Both the position numbers and the translations under genes were made by a program. The notes beneath the pieces are model-generated. The model was not told the DNA's origin. It worked only from the letters and a program-made list of their open reading frames with translations, and made no database searches. A DNA stretch of 62,835 bases, the filler included, from Syncephalis fuscata S228 (Eukaryota > Fungi > Zoopagomycota), in NCBI GenBank assembly GCA_025786725.1. It is 5 parts of 5 records of this genome, joined end to end, with 100 filler letters (N's around TTAATTAATTAA, not from the genome) between each part and the next. Parts side by side here need not be neighbours in the genome. Positions count along the whole stretch, not along the records: positions 56,427 to 62,835 come from JAHLTZ010000329.1; 4 more parts are not named here. One strand, 5' to 3'. Of the stretch, positions 62,401-62,835 are shown piece by piece (the stretch's first letter is position 1; each line of letters opens with the position of its first letter).

Positions 62401-62835
62401 CGTCGTTTATTTGATCTTTTAAAGGAGAAGCAAAGCCAATTAGAGGCACAACAACGTGCTCATCAACAAGAGCAACGACAATTACAGCAACGCATAGCCG
62501 ATATGGAGCGTGAACATCGTGCTGAGGTCGAACGACGTGACAAAGATATAAATGATCTTGAAAGCCTTGTTGAAAGCAAGATATTTAGAGAAGCCGATTT
62601 AGAAGAGCAATTAGAGCAACAAACGGCAACGATTAATCAGCTGCAACAACGTGTCGGCTCTGGCTCAACATTTGGTAACGAATTAACAGTAGATGCTCAC
62701 TCGCATGGTATGGCCAGTCGTGCTAGCAGTGTAGGCCGTCCAGGTGCTCGTAGTCCATCTACCGCATCTAATACAAGTCGTTCACGTAACCGCTCAGTAG
62801 CTCGTGACTATTCACAGCCGTACTGCGACATTTGA
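59462..62835 (+). CDS. CAP-Gly/coiled-coil microtubule plus-end protein (CLIP-170/Bik1/Tip1-like), runs off window; indel errors
   Basis: CAP-Gly GTLRFLGSTHFKPGTWAGIELD...GKNDGSV...YF and a long coiled coil. LESLVESKIFRE and terminal PYCDI fit the start of a CLIP zinc knuckle. Frame breaks at ~59540, ~59803 and ~61745. Confidence 0.85.

Noticed and set aside
35357-62835. Frameshifts in ARL5, PRTase, GCD2, PRP45, CLIP-170-like and others as programmed frameshifting, RNA editing or pseudogenisation
   Set aside because: Mostly single missing bases in short homopolymers, scattered even in essential genes, with no shared slippery motif. Unpolished consensus error is the simplest explanation; short-read polishing would settle it.

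Overview
Eukaryotic, AT-rich, gene-dense genomic DNA with many short (~50-65 nt) spliceosomal introns. The gene set points to an early-diverging fungus; Zoopagomycota, Syncephalis-like, is my inference. Four 100-nt N-spacers containing TTAATTAATTAA join five contigs, so adjacency across them is unproven. Many conserved genes carry single-base deletions that look like sequencing errors. Housekeeping genes: RAD7-like, TatD, two alpha/beta hydrolases, FAN1, MED18, FAM32A, Psh1-like RING protein, SEC22, GPI14, NMNAT, IRC21-like cytochrome b5, ARL5, eIF2B-delta, mitochondrial S6, SNW1/PRP45, MCD4, FetB/ALS3-like permease and a CLIP-170-like protein. RNA genes: U5 snRNA and a 5S rRNA-tRNA-Asp tandem. 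Accessory content: a 5'-truncated LINE with poly(A) and a 15-bp TSD, three TIR elements, a Fanzor/TnpB-like remnant, tandem secreted pseudokinases and small secreted proteins. Most notable observations: (1) a 5S rRNA with no terminator, 8 nt upstream of tRNA-Asp (candidate dicistronic Pol III unit); (2) a 3-nt microexon that supplies one Asp of the PRPP-binding motif in a bacterial-type phosphoribosyltransferase; (3) duplicated two-TM proteins with DEG/ENaC/PAC-like channel hallmarks; (4) the Fanzor remnant; (5) secreted pseudokinases with a gene-conversion tract. All family calls come from reading motifs by eye; no database search was run.
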